Positions 37,781-46,444 of a DNA stretch of 64,000 bases are shown here, in pieces. The stretch's first letter is position 1; every line of letters begins with the position of its first letter. The stretch lies in assembly GCA_965227775.1 (NCBI GenBank), contig OZ245777.1, positions 1,888,001 to 1,952,000 of the forward strand, written 5' to 3'. The stretch is from Phycisphaerales bacterium. GTDB taxonomy: Bacteria > Planctomycetota > Phycisphaerae > Phycisphaerales > UBA1924. A model generated the notes under the pieces. That model made no database searches. It saw only the letters and a program-made list of their open reading frames with translations, and had not been told where the DNA came from. A program made the translations under genes and the position numbers.

Positions 37781-38673
37781 AGCTGCCGTCGTTCCTCATC
37801 ATCGGTGCGCAGAAGTCGGGAACGACGACGCTGTACCGCGACCTACTCACCCAGCCGGGTGTCTTCTTTCCGTACATCAAGGAGCCCAACAACCTGAGCG
37901 ATGAGCGGGTGCTCACGGCCGAAGGCTTGTCCGAGTACGCCGACCTCTACAAGACTTCAAAGGACTCTGACATCCGCGGTGATGCATCGACTGGGTACTC
38001 GAGGCATCCAAGATTCCCAAACGTGCCGGAGCGTGCGAAGCAGCTGCTCGGCCCTGATATCAGGCTGATCTACATCATCCGAGAGCCGGTCAGCCGGATC
38101 GTCAGCAACCATCACCACATGTTCACCAACGCGGAGTGCTCGCCGACAATCGAAGAGTTCTTCGGCAATGACGAGCACTACTGCATCGACACGTCTCGCT
38201 ACGCCAAGCAGATTCGCACGTGGCTCGAGCACTTTCCGCTGAGCAGCATGCGTGTCCTCATCTTCGAGGAGTACACCAAGCGTCGCCGCGAGGTCATAGA
38301 GGAGCTGGCGCCGTTCCTCGGATTCACGGCCGAACCGGACTTGGTAGACCCTGATTCCAGGTTTAACGCCGCCGCGGATCGCTCCAGCGATCGCGGCCTC
38401 TTTATGCGGATCCAGCGATCATCCCTTTACGGCCGGCTGCGTCCGTTGATGTCGCCAGCAACGCGAGACAGGCTGCGCAAGTGGCTCGCTCCGAAGGCAC
38501 CACCGCCGCCGCCGCCGCCTACGGCAGAGACCGTCGAGTCAATGCTCGAGACACTCGAGCCAGATCAACGAGAGCTTGCCGAGCTCATGGGCAGGCCGTA
38601 TCCGATCTGGGATCCCGCGAAGGTACGCGCGAAGTACGACAAGCTCAGGGCGGCCGCACAATCGTCGAGCTAG
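37777..38673 (+). CDS. sulfotransferase (heparan-sulfate sulfotransferase-like family)
   Basis: 5'-PSB PSFLIIGAQKSGTTTLY, KEP, GDASTGY, 3'-PB IYIIREPVSRIVS and Y..QI..W..HFP. Confidence 0.9.
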   Translation: MKLPSFLIIGAQKSGTTTLYRDLLTQPGVFFPYIKEPNNLSDERVLTAEGLSEYADLYKTSKDSDIRGDASTGYSRHPRFPNVPERAKQLLGPDIRLIYIIREPVSRIVSNHHHMFTNAECSPTIEEFFGNDEHYCIDTSRYAKQIRTWLEHFPLSSMRVLIFEEYTKRRREVIEELAPFLGFTAEPDLVDPDSRFNAAADRSSDRGLFMRIQRSSLYGRLRPLMSPATRDRLRKWLAPKAPPPPPPPTAETVESMLETLEPDQRELAELMGRPYPIWDPAKVRAKYDKLRAAAQSSS

Positions 38674-38686
38674 GCATCGGCTGCGA

Positions 38687-40003
38687 TCAGGTTGCGAGCG
38701 ATCGATTCCGCAGGGCCCATGCGCCGGCCGGATCCTTTTGCTTGAACTTGATGACTTCGGCTGCCATCGTGATGAACATCATCGACAGGATCAGGTGCAA
38801 CAGCGCCCACGTGTGGGTTGCCTGATAGATCATGTGGTTCACCATGCCATGGGCGTACACCATCACCATGAACGCGGTGAGCACAGAGGTCAGCAGCGGA
38901 TCGACATCGAGCATCCGTCGGTGTCGCCACACGTAGACCGCCGAGAGCAAACTGATCCCTGCCAGCATGAGGTATGGCACTAGCAAGACGAGCCCGCCGG
39001 TGTAGGCCATCTTCAGGTACGCGTTGTGCGTGTGGAACCCGAGTGACTCATCAACGGCGGCGTTCAGGCCACGCGTTCCGAGAAGTCCGGTCATGGGGCG
39101 GAGGGCGATGGACTCCTGCACGTACTCGACCGCCTGCTGGCCGCGAGCGGTCTCGAGCGTGCTGAATCGCGAGAGTGGGTTCGAATCGACGCGGCTCAGC
39201 ACCGCCGCGGCGCCGATAAGGACGATCGCACACGCTGGGACGGCGAGCACCGGACGACGCAACGCGTAGAAGCCGATAGGAGCGCAGACGCCCACCAGCA
39301 TGATCATCACGGAACGGCTGCCCGAGAGCAGGCCCATGCCGGCGGCCGCCGCGACCATGCCGATCCACGCCGGCCGCATGATGAGGTTGCGATCGCGGAA
39401 CGCCATGTACAGGCCAAGCCCACCCGCGACCGTGAACACCACGCCGGTCTGCACCGACGATGCGCCGTACGGCTCAAACCGCGAGTGACCGGTGAACGAC
39501 CACTTGCCAGTGACGATGGCGCTCAGCAGGATGGGTGTGCCGAACAGGAAGCCCCAGGCAAGGAAACGCACGATCCGGAGCAGGTCTTCAGCGGTGGTAA
39601 TCGTCCTGACGAGCATGATGGCGGTGAAGACCATGCAGATCCACTGCACCGCGTACAGGATCGGAATCACGGGGTCTTCGGTCGTGATGATGAAGAGCGG
39701 GCCGACGACCGCGAGCGGCACGTACGCGTAGCAGAGGGGGTGAATCCGCCGCTTCTCGCCAGGCGAGAGAAAGGCCGCGAGCCCAACCGCAAGGATGACC
39801 GCAAAACCCAGCGCCTTGGCGCCCAGAGCGACCGACCCAAGCATCGGCAACCGCCCGACGATCAGAAAGGGCGGGAGCACCATGAGCGCAGCGGGAAGAC
39901 GAAACCGGGCAGGACAGAGCAGGAAGACCAGGCCCGCGAGGATCGGGGCCAGCATGAGCACCGGCAGGGGCACGACGTCGGTGTACTGCTCGAAACTAAA
40001 CAC
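38687..40003 (-). CDS. O-antigen ligase/Wzy-like polytopic membrane protein
   Basis: About 11-12 TM segments; LLSGSRS, RP.TG.LG and HTHNAYL.MAYTGGLV (Wzy_C HN.YL motif). Confidence 0.85.
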   Translation of the reverse strand: MFSFEQYTDVVPLPVLMLAPILAGLVFLLCPARFRLPAALMVLPPFLIVGRLPMLGSVALGAKALGFAVILAVGLAAFLSPGEKRRIHPLCYAYVPLAVVGPLFIITTEDPVIPILYAVQWICMVFTAIMLVRTITTAEDLLRIVRFLAWGFLFGTPILLSAIVTGKWSFTGHSRFEPYGASSVQTGVVFTVAGGLGLYMAFRDRNLIMRPAWIGMVAAAAGMGLLSGSRSVMIMLVGVCAPIGFYALRRPVLAVPACAIVLIGAAAVLSRVDSNPLSRFSTLETARGQQAVEYVQESIALRPMTGLLGTRGLNAAVDESLGFHTHNAYLKMAYTGGLVLLVPYLMLAGISLLSAVYVWRHRRMLDVDPLLTSVLTAFMVMVYAHGMVNHMIYQATHTWALLHLILSMMFITMAAEVIKFKQKDPAGAWALRNRSLAT

Positions 40004-40253
40004 GAACGAATTCTCCCCGCCAATGCACGCCCGGGCCCATCGGTCAGACGATGCTCGGGAGCCCCTGGTTCGGCGGCGTCACGATCGGTGCGGCCCGTAC
40101 CATCCTTCGGCTCGTCGACCCATCGACTTCGTAGGTCTTGAGCAGCCGTGCGAATTCGTCGATCTCCGAGGCGAGGCCATCGTACGTGCTGGTGCGGGCT
40201 GGCGTTGTGGGTGCCCGCCGCTCACCCACAGCCAGCCACAAGCGGGAGGACTC

Positions 40254-41465
40254 ATGTTCAAGATGTTCGGGGTTCGAACGGAATCCAGGCGTCGGCGCTT
40301 CCTCGGCAACACGGTGAGGCTCGGAGCCGCGTTATCGGTTCTTGCCGTGACGGGAGCCGCCGGACCCGTCGTGAGCCTCAGCGGCTCTTCGACGACGGCA
40401 TCTTCCGAGCCGGCGGGCGATGGAGGCTTCGAGTTCTATCTCGCCGTGACCGCCAACCGGCCACTCCGCGACGAACTCGGCCGTGATCCTCTCGAGGACC
40501 TCGACCTCAGCGACAATCCCTACAGCCGCAACGTCATCGACATCTCGGGTTGGAAGCTCGCCCGGTATCGCCGGCAGGGCCCGCACCTGATCGCGATGCA
40601 GAATCCCAACCTCGCCGAGCACATGGTCAAGCTCGAGGAGCACGTGCCCCAGCTCGTGCCCGTCGGGTTCGATGGCGTCGTGATCATCGACTATGAGCCA
40701 TACTGGGCGCTGTGGGAGCGAACACCCAATAACCCATCGACCGAGCCTTTTGACGCGTTCGACTCAGACTACAAGGACGACTGGCGCGACTACATCCGCG
40801 AGAATCGCTTGTACCTGCTTGATGGTCTGAATCCCGAAGAGCAAGAGGAGATCTACAAGCTCACGTACGAGTCGTTCATGCGCACGTTCTTGCTTGCCAC
40901 GTACTACAAGTGCAAGGCGATACGGCCGCGCGCACAGTGGGGGTATTACAACTACCCGCAGGTGCTCATCAGCAGCAATCTCACCCCGCCTGGCGTCCAG
41001 GGTTACGGTGATCTCACGCACCGTGCGAGCCAACTGAACGATCAGATGGGCTGGTTTTACGAAGCCGTCGACTTTGTGAGCCCGCGAATCTATCCGGCGC
41101 GAAAAGTGCCCGAGGTGTTCGATCCCGAAACCGCAGGGCGGGGCGAGATCAGGCAGCAGGTCCACGAGCGGTGGCTCAGCTCCATGGTCCGCGAGAGCGT
41201 CCGCCTTGCCAAGGGCAAGCCCGTCTATCCCTATCACTCGCCGATCTTCTACTCGAACCACCCGTTCGCACGCGAGGCGGTGGAGCGATTCCAGCACGAG
41301 GAGGTCTACCGCATCTGTGCCGAGAACGGCGCGGCGGGTGTCATTGTCTGGCACGCGGTCGGCGACCGTGCGGAGCTTGCCCAATGGGATGAACTCTGGG
41401 AGAACGAGCTCAAGCCTGCAGGCATCAACGCTGACCGAGCCATCAACGGGGGCCCGGGCTCCTGA
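40254..41465 (+). CDS. exported glycoside hydrolase, GH56 (hyaluronidase)-like
   Basis: GGGAGGA RBS and Tat-like SRRRRFLG. NLAEH..KL....VP.GFDG..IIDYE...LWER, RP.AQWGYYNYP, NDQMGW......V.P.IY, VRESVRLA and GAAGVIVW are collinear with GH56 blocks. Confidence 0.7.
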   Translation: MFKMFGVRTESRRRRFLGNTVRLGAALSVLAVTGAAGPVVSLSGSSTTASSEPAGDGGFEFYLAVTANRPLRDELGRDPLEDLDLSDNPYSRNVIDISGWKLARYRRQGPHLIAMQNPNLAEHMVKLEEHVPQLVPVGFDGVVIIDYEPYWALWERTPNNPSTEPFDAFDSDYKDDWRDYIRENRLYLLDGLNPEEQEEIYKLTYESFMRTFLLATYYKCKAIRPRAQWGYYNYPQVLISSNLTPPGVQGYGDLTHRASQLNDQMGWFYEAVDFVSPRIYPARKVPEVFDPETAGRGEIRQQVHERWLSSMVRESVRLAKGKPVYPYHSPIFYSNHPFAREAVERFQHEEVYRICAENGAAGVIVWHAVGDRAELAQWDELWENELKPAGINADRAINGGPGS

Positions 41466-41501
41466 GTCGGCCTCAGCGTCGCTCTCAGGCCCTCTCAAGC
41501 C

Positions 41502-41564
41502 AAAAGCGGGGCACCATCGTTTGACGGCACCCCGCTGGAGGAGAGAGAGAGATCTTTGATGATA
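41502..41564 (-). ncRNA. candidate anti-SD small RNA, copy 2
   Basis: Minus strand: GCCGATAA -10-like box (41571-41578), then TCTCTCTCTCTCCTCC, then hairpin AGCGGGGTGCCGTC-aaac-GATGGTGCCCCGCT and TTT. It lies beyond the terminator of the upstream minus-strand CDS. Confidence 0.5.
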
Positions 41565-41594
41565 ACCCTGTTATCGGCCAGATTCGTCGTTTGA
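41561..41594 (-). promoter_or_regulatory. sigma-28-like promoter overlapped by palindromic operator GATAAC-N3-GTTATC
   Basis: TCAA-N12-GCCGATAA on the minus strand (spacer shorter than the FliA consensus) and a perfect inverted repeat at 41561-41575. Confidence 0.35.
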
Positions 41595-41748
41595 TCGTTG
41601 GTTCTTGTCGGTTTGATAGGGTAAACAAGCACAGACCATCGCGGTTGACCGCATAGCGTGCAGCACCGCGTTCCGATGCCCAGGATGGCGCTGAATCTGA
41701 GTTTTGCTGAGTCCATCAGGCTTTTTCGATAGGACATCCGTCGTCGGC

Positions 41749-41782
41749 AAAACAAAAGCAGGCCCCCCGATTGAGGGAGCCC
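41749..41782 (-). terminator. intrinsic terminator of 41815-42819
   Basis: Minus strand GGCTCCCTC-aatc-GGGGGGCC followed by TGCTTTTGTTTT. Confidence 0.7.
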
Positions 41783-41814
41783 GACGTGCACGAAGCAGAA
41801 AAATTTTTCGGCTC

Positions 41815-42819
41815 TCAGCGCCGCTCTTGCTGCGCGCCACGCCGCGGAGATTGCGAGAGCCGCTCACGCAAGCGATCACGATCCTCGGGGCTCATCGCGT
41901 TGAGGCGCTCGACAAGCGCTTCCAATCGCTCCGGTGGCACCTGGGACAGCCTCGTGCGAACGCGCTGCTGCGCCTCTTCCGGCAGGCTGGAGATCCACGA
42001 TTCCAAAGGAGCGAGATCGGCCTGACCTGACCGGCGATCTTGTGCGGGGCGACGCTGGCCTTCCATCTCATCAAAGCGGGCGCCGATGTCCCTGCGGTAG
42101 CGTTCCCGCATGCGGTTGAGCTGCTCCTCGGACTGCGTTGCCTGCCACGACTCGATGGCGTTCTTCACGTGCTGCTGCTGGGACGCACTCAACTCCGCCC
42201 AGACCCGGTTCTGCAGCTGGGCCATGGCCCGCATGTTCTGACGCTGATCCCCGCGTGTCCCTTGACGATCTCGGCGCTGGCCCTGCGGTCGCTCGGGTGC
42301 CTCCCGGTCGGCCATCTGCTCGCGCTGGTCGCGGGCTCGTTGCTGCGGGCGCTCACGCTGCGTCTCCATGCCATCGGGACTGGGCCGACGCCCCCCTCGG
42401 CGATCGGCAGAGTCCTGCGCACCGCTGCGCTCGCCCGACCGGGCTCCGCGGCGCGTTGCTTGTTCAAAGGCGCGAACGTGGGCGGAGATACGCTCACGTT
42501 GCTCGGCCGAGAACCGGATCTCCAGGGGAGCATCTTCGGACATCAGCTCTCCCATGACCTTCCGGAAGACCTGGGGCGGCAGCATGGCGTTCATGCCCCG
42601 GCTGCCCTCCTGTGCGCCCTCAGAGAAGCCGGACTCGATCCCCGGCATCCGGCGTTCGCGGACCTGGGGCCCCTCCAGGATCGATCGGTCGGGGCGAGCC
42701 TCGCGTTGGCCCTGGGGCCGTTCACGTCCGGCGTCTTGCGCAAGGGCCTGGCTGGCGGCCATTGTGAGGCCGGCACAGGCAGCGAGCCCCAGCAGCGAGT
42801 TGCGAGCATGATCGAGCAT
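41815..42819 (-). CDS. secreted low-complexity helical hypothetical protein (Spy/CpxP-like features)
   Basis: GGGAGG RBS, signal peptide (ALA), R/Q/E-rich body with FSAEQRERI and LSASQQQ motifs. Confidence 0.7.
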   Translation of the reverse strand: MLDHARNSLLGLAACAGLTMAASQALAQDAGRERPQGQREARPDRSILEGPQVRERRMPGIESGFSEGAQEGSRGMNAMLPPQVFRKVMGELMSEDAPLEIRFSAEQRERISAHVRAFEQATRRGARSGERSGAQDSADRRGGRRPSPDGMETQRERPQQRARDQREQMADREAPERPQGQRRDRQGTRGDQRQNMRAMAQLQNRVWAELSASQQQHVKNAIESWQATQSEEQLNRMRERYRRDIGARFDEMEGQRRPAQDRRSGQADLAPLESWISSLPEEAQQRVRTRLSQVPPERLEALVERLNAMSPEDRDRLRERLSQSPRRGAQQERR

Positions 42820-42942
42820 TCTTGAACCTCCCTTGGCTTACGGGTCTCCAGCCGAACGCCGCATCCCAGCGATCCATTGCATCATTCGTCATACGATTCC
42901 GAGTCAAGATCCGAAGCGAGCAAGGTCCAGATACAACGGGGA

Positions 42943-44145
42943 ATGATGGCGATTTCCGAAGAACAGGTGCGGCGGTGGCTCGAGGCGGTCAAGGCGGCAA
43001 GTGATCAGCATGACCTGATCGAGGCCGGCCGCTTGGAGTGGATCTCGGTTCTCGATGGTGCGCTCTCCATCAAGCTGCACATGCCGGACATCGCCGAGGA
43101 CGCGCGCGCCATGGAGGCGATCGCCGGCGCGTGCCTCGAGGCCGTCCGCCAGGGTGCCGTCCGCGCGGGCGAACGCATCCAATCACTCCGTGTGCGGTTC
43201 GTCGATCGTGACGGCGATGTCGTTCGGGAGAGCGCGTTCGAGGCGTCGCCGAAGGGCGCGCTCCGTCCGGCGGGTGAAGCGCCCGCGGCCCCGAAGGCGT
43301 CGGCCGAACCCAAGCAGCAGGCCGGCCCGGCGATCCCCGGCGTCGCGCACACGATCGCGGTGGGCGCCGGAAAGGGCGGTGTTGGCAAGAGCACAATCGC
43401 GGCCAACCTCGCCGTCGGGCTGGCTCGCCGAGGGCATGCAACGGGTCTGCTCGACGGTGACATCTACGGCCCCAGTCTGCCCACGCTCATGGGCTTGGGC
43501 GCGATGGAACCCAACGTTCTGGACGGGCGATTCCAGCCGTTCCTGACGCACGGCGTGAAATCGATGACGGTGGGCAAGCTCGTCGAGCCCGACAAGCCGC
43601 TCATCTGGCGCGGCCCGATGGCGCACGGCGCGTTCAAGCAGCTGACCGAAAAGACGCAATGGGGCGAGCTCGATCACCTGATCATTGACCTGCCGCCCGG
43701 GACGGGCGACGTGCCGCTGACCATGGCGCAGAATCTCGACCTGACCGGCGCCGTTATCGTGTGTACACCCCAGCGCGTCGCACAGGACGACGCCGTACGC
43801 GCCGTCAAGATGTTCGAGCAGCTCGGTGTCGACATCCTGGGTGTTGTCGAGAACATGAGCGTGTTTGTGGCGCCAAGCGGCGAGGAGTTCGACATCTTCG
43901 GTCGGGGTGGGGCCCAGCAGATGGCGCAGCGGCTCGGCCTCCCGTTCCTCGGCGCCTTGCCCATCACCATGGACTTGCGCGCCAATAGCGACGCCGGCGA
44001 CCCCACTTCGAACTTTGAAGGCGATAGCCCAGCCCAGCAGCGCTGGCAGAAGCGGTTCAACGAGCTTCTGAACAATCTCGAGAGCCAGCTCGCGCTCGCG
44101 TCGGTTCGGCACGCGAAGGGCACGCCCTCGTTGACCATCCGCTAG
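42943..44145 (+). CDS. mrp: Mrp/NBP35 (ApbC) family ATP-binding protein
   Basis: Deviant Walker A GKGGVGKST, DGDIYGPS, IWRGPM, DLPPGTGD, ENMS and IFG.GG. Confidence 0.93.
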   Translation: MMAISEEQVRRWLEAVKAASDQHDLIEAGRLEWISVLDGALSIKLHMPDIAEDARAMEAIAGACLEAVRQGAVRAGERIQSLRVRFVDRDGDVVRESAFEASPKGALRPAGEAPAAPKASAEPKQQAGPAIPGVAHTIAVGAGKGGVGKSTIAANLAVGLARRGHATGLLDGDIYGPSLPTLMGLGAMEPNVLDGRFQPFLTHGVKSMTVGKLVEPDKPLIWRGPMAHGAFKQLTEKTQWGELDHLIIDLPPGTGDVPLTMAQNLDLTGAVIVCTPQRVAQDDAVRAVKMFEQLGVDILGVVENMSVFVAPSGEEFDIFGRGGAQQMAQRLGLPFLGALPITMDLRANSDAGDPTSNFEGDSPAQQRWQKRFNELLNNLESQLALASVRHAKGTPSLTIR

Positions 44146-44189
44146 TTTGCCGGTCTTTCCGCGCCGCTGAGGTTGCAAACTGAACGTAC

Positions 44190-44224
44190 AAAAGACAAGC
44201 CCCCGCGACGCAAGTCGCGGGGGC
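44190..44224 (-). terminator. intrinsic terminator between convergent genes
   Basis: GCCCCCGCGAC-gcaa-GTCGCGGGGGC, an 11-bp perfect stem, with TTGTCTTTT on the minus strand. Confidence 0.8.
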
Positions 44225-44257
44225 CTGAGGGACTTTCAACCGATTCTCAGCAGGCTA

Positions 44258-45073
44258 TTAGCAGCCGGCGTCGAACTCGTTCGAGAAGGTGAGGAAGTCG
44301 AACAGCGTCAGGCTGCCGTCACCGTCGAAGTCGGCGGCGGGGTCGCCGCTGTCGAACAGGTTGCTGAAGGTGAGGAAGTCGAACAGGGTCAGCTCGCCGT
44401 CGCCATCAAGGTCGACGCGGCAGCCGGTGCCGCCACCATTCTGGCCCTCAGCGATGATGATGAAGTGGGCGTCCGGGAAGCCGAAGCCGGCGACGTCGGC
44501 CGGGTCGGGCAGGCCGCAGCCGACGGGCGACGCCACGTAGCTCGGAGCGGTCTGGCCGAAGCTGTTGCCGCCGATGAAGAAGACGTCACCAAACTCGCCA
44601 CCCGCGAGGGTCAGCAGGTCCTCGGAGACGACCTCGACCATGACGGCCGAGCCGGCGTCGGCGCTGCCGGCGACATCCATGATGACGACCTCGAGCGAGC
44701 GGTCGCCGCTGGTCATGCTGGCGCTACCAATGAGGGTGCCACCGGCGATGGGCGGGCTGCCGGCCGGGATCTGGTACAGGTTGACCGTGATCTCGGTCTC
44801 GATCAGCGTCGGAAGGCTCAGGTTCTCAACACCGAACTCGACGGTCTCGGCGGTGAAGCCATCCGTGCCGCCGAAGTCGGCCAGATCGAAGCTACGCGAC
44901 CACAGGTTGTCGGTGGTGGTCTGCGGACCGGCGGTGCCGGGCGTGGCGCAGGCGATGCCGGCACCAGCCGTCACGAGGAACTCCTCGGTGTTGTGCGACA
45001 GACGAACTTGGGCGTTGGCCGCGGTGGCCAGACCAGCAACGGCGATCGAAGCGAAAGCAAACTTCTTCTGCAT
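44258..45073 (-). CDS. secreted protein with GC-type dockerin-like tail
   Basis: GGGGAGG RBS and signal peptide (ANA). Tail CRVDLDGDGELTLFDFLTFSNLFDSGDPAADFDGDGSLTLFDFLTFSNEFDAGC. Confidence 0.88.
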   Translation of the reverse strand: MQKKFAFASIAVAGLATAANAQVRLSHNTEEFLVTAGAGIACATPGTAGPQTTTDNLWSRSFDLADFGGTDGFTAETVEFGVENLSLPTLIETEITVNLYQIPAGSPPIAGGTLIGSASMTSGDRSLEVVIMDVAGSADAGSAVMVEVVSEDLLTLAGGEFGDVFFIGGNSFGQTAPSYVASPVGCGLPDPADVAGFGFPDAHFIIIAEGQNGGGTGCRVDLDGDGELTLFDFLTFSNLFDSGDPAADFDGDGSLTLFDFLTFSNEFDAGC

Positions 45074-45298
45074 GGTATTCCTCCCCAGGGATAACACTAG
45101 CAAAGTCCTGACAGAACTGAGGCGCGATGCCTCTGCAATATGGCCCGCGAAATGCGAGCGCTCCCGTTAATGTACCCCAAAACCCGGCAGAATGAAAGCG
45201 AATATGGAGAGTTTCCTGAGAAAACGACGTCTGATAATGCGCAATCGTCGCGATCCGCGCGAGTTTGGGTGTTATTGCTCGCGGGATTCTGACAGCAA

Positions 45299-45331
45299 GA
45301 CGCTCGCTCCCCCGAACGGGAACGAGCGTCT
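45299..45331 (-). terminator. hairpin downstream of 45359-46219
   Basis: GACGCTCGCTCCC..GGGAACGAGCGTC inverted repeat with a weak U tract. Confidence 0.5.
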
Positions 45332-45358
45332 CACAAACTGTCGCGTTTCTACGTGCGT

Positions 45359-46219
45359 TCAGCAGCCGAGGTCGAACTCGTTCTGGAACGCCAGGAAGTC
45401 GAAGATCGTGAGGCTTCCGTCACCGTCGAAGTCGGCCGTCAGGTCGCCGGCGTCGAACAGGTTCTGGAACTGCAGGAAGTCGAAGATGGTCAGCTCGCCG
45501 TCACCGTCCAGGTCGGCCCGGCAGCCGGTGCCACCGTCGCCCTCGGCGGTGATAAAGAGCTTCGGACCCTCGCGGCCCTCAAAGGGCTCCTGGCCGCGGT
45601 AGGTCGCCGACACGTTCGGGTCGGTGTCATCGACGAAAACGAGGGTCAGGGTGTCTTCGGACTCGATGTCGGCCTTGACCGCGTCGATGAGTTCGAGGGC
45701 CTCGCTGCGGCCGCCGGGGCCGCCATCCTGGTCGAACCGGTCGATGTCGCCCGAAGCAGTCTCGAAGTACAAGAAGCTCAGGATCGGGTCGGGATCGCCA
45801 AGCTCGAGCTGGGGCGCGCCCATGTCGAAGAACGGGAAGAAGAGGTCGCTGAGGGCCGTCTTGATGTCGGCGGTGTCGTCGATCGAGTAGTAGACCGCAA
45901 CGAACCCGTCGTTCGAGAACGCGGCGTTGTCCTGCGTCAGCTCGAGCGCCAGACCAGTGACCTCCCAACCGCCGGGGAAGAGCGTGTCGAACTCCGCGCG
46001 GACGCTAGAGAGGTCCCAGCGGGCCACGCCGTATGAATCGAACGTGCCACCGCCGCTGACGGTGCCCTGGATGTTAAAGAAGCGGTCTCCGCCGCTCGGG
46101 CCGCGGGGGCCATCCGGGCGGATCGTGCCGGTCTCGGCGGCCACCGAGGAGAGGGTCTCCTGCGCGACGGCGGTCGAGGCAACGGCGATGCCGCAGAGTG
46201 CGATGATCGTCTTGGTCAT
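45359..46219 (-). CDS. secreted protein with GC-type dockerin-like tail
   Basis: AAGGGAG RBS and signal peptide (AVA). Tail CRADLDGDGELTIFDFLQFQNLFDAG...FQNEFDLGC. Confidence 0.88.
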   Translation of the reverse strand: MTKTIIALCGIAVASTAVAQETLSSVAAETGTIRPDGPRGPSGGDRFFNIQGTVSGGGTFDSYGVARWDLSSVRAEFDTLFPGGWEVTGLALELTQDNAAFSNDGFVAVYYSIDDTADIKTALSDLFFPFFDMGAPQLELGDPDPILSFLYFETASGDIDRFDQDGGPGGRSEALELIDAVKADIESEDTLTLVFVDDTDPNVSATYRGQEPFEGREGPKLFITAEGDGGTGCRADLDGDGELTIFDFLQFQNLFDAGDLTADFDGDGSLTIFDFLAFQNEFDLGC

Positions 46220-46444
46220 GGTGGGATCTCCCTTGATCGTCCTGCCTGTTGTGGCCGAGCGTGGGCCTTCGGGCCCGCACGCGATAGCGACATCGCTCGG
46301 CACCAGAAACCTGGCATCGATGCTAGAACGAACTGGCGAGCGGCTGGCTGTCGCTTCGTTAGAAGTTCATAAAATCGCCCGAGAATTCGTGGAATTCTCG
46401 GGCGTCAAGATGGGCGATCTTGCGGAGACGATACCGGGTTTGGC

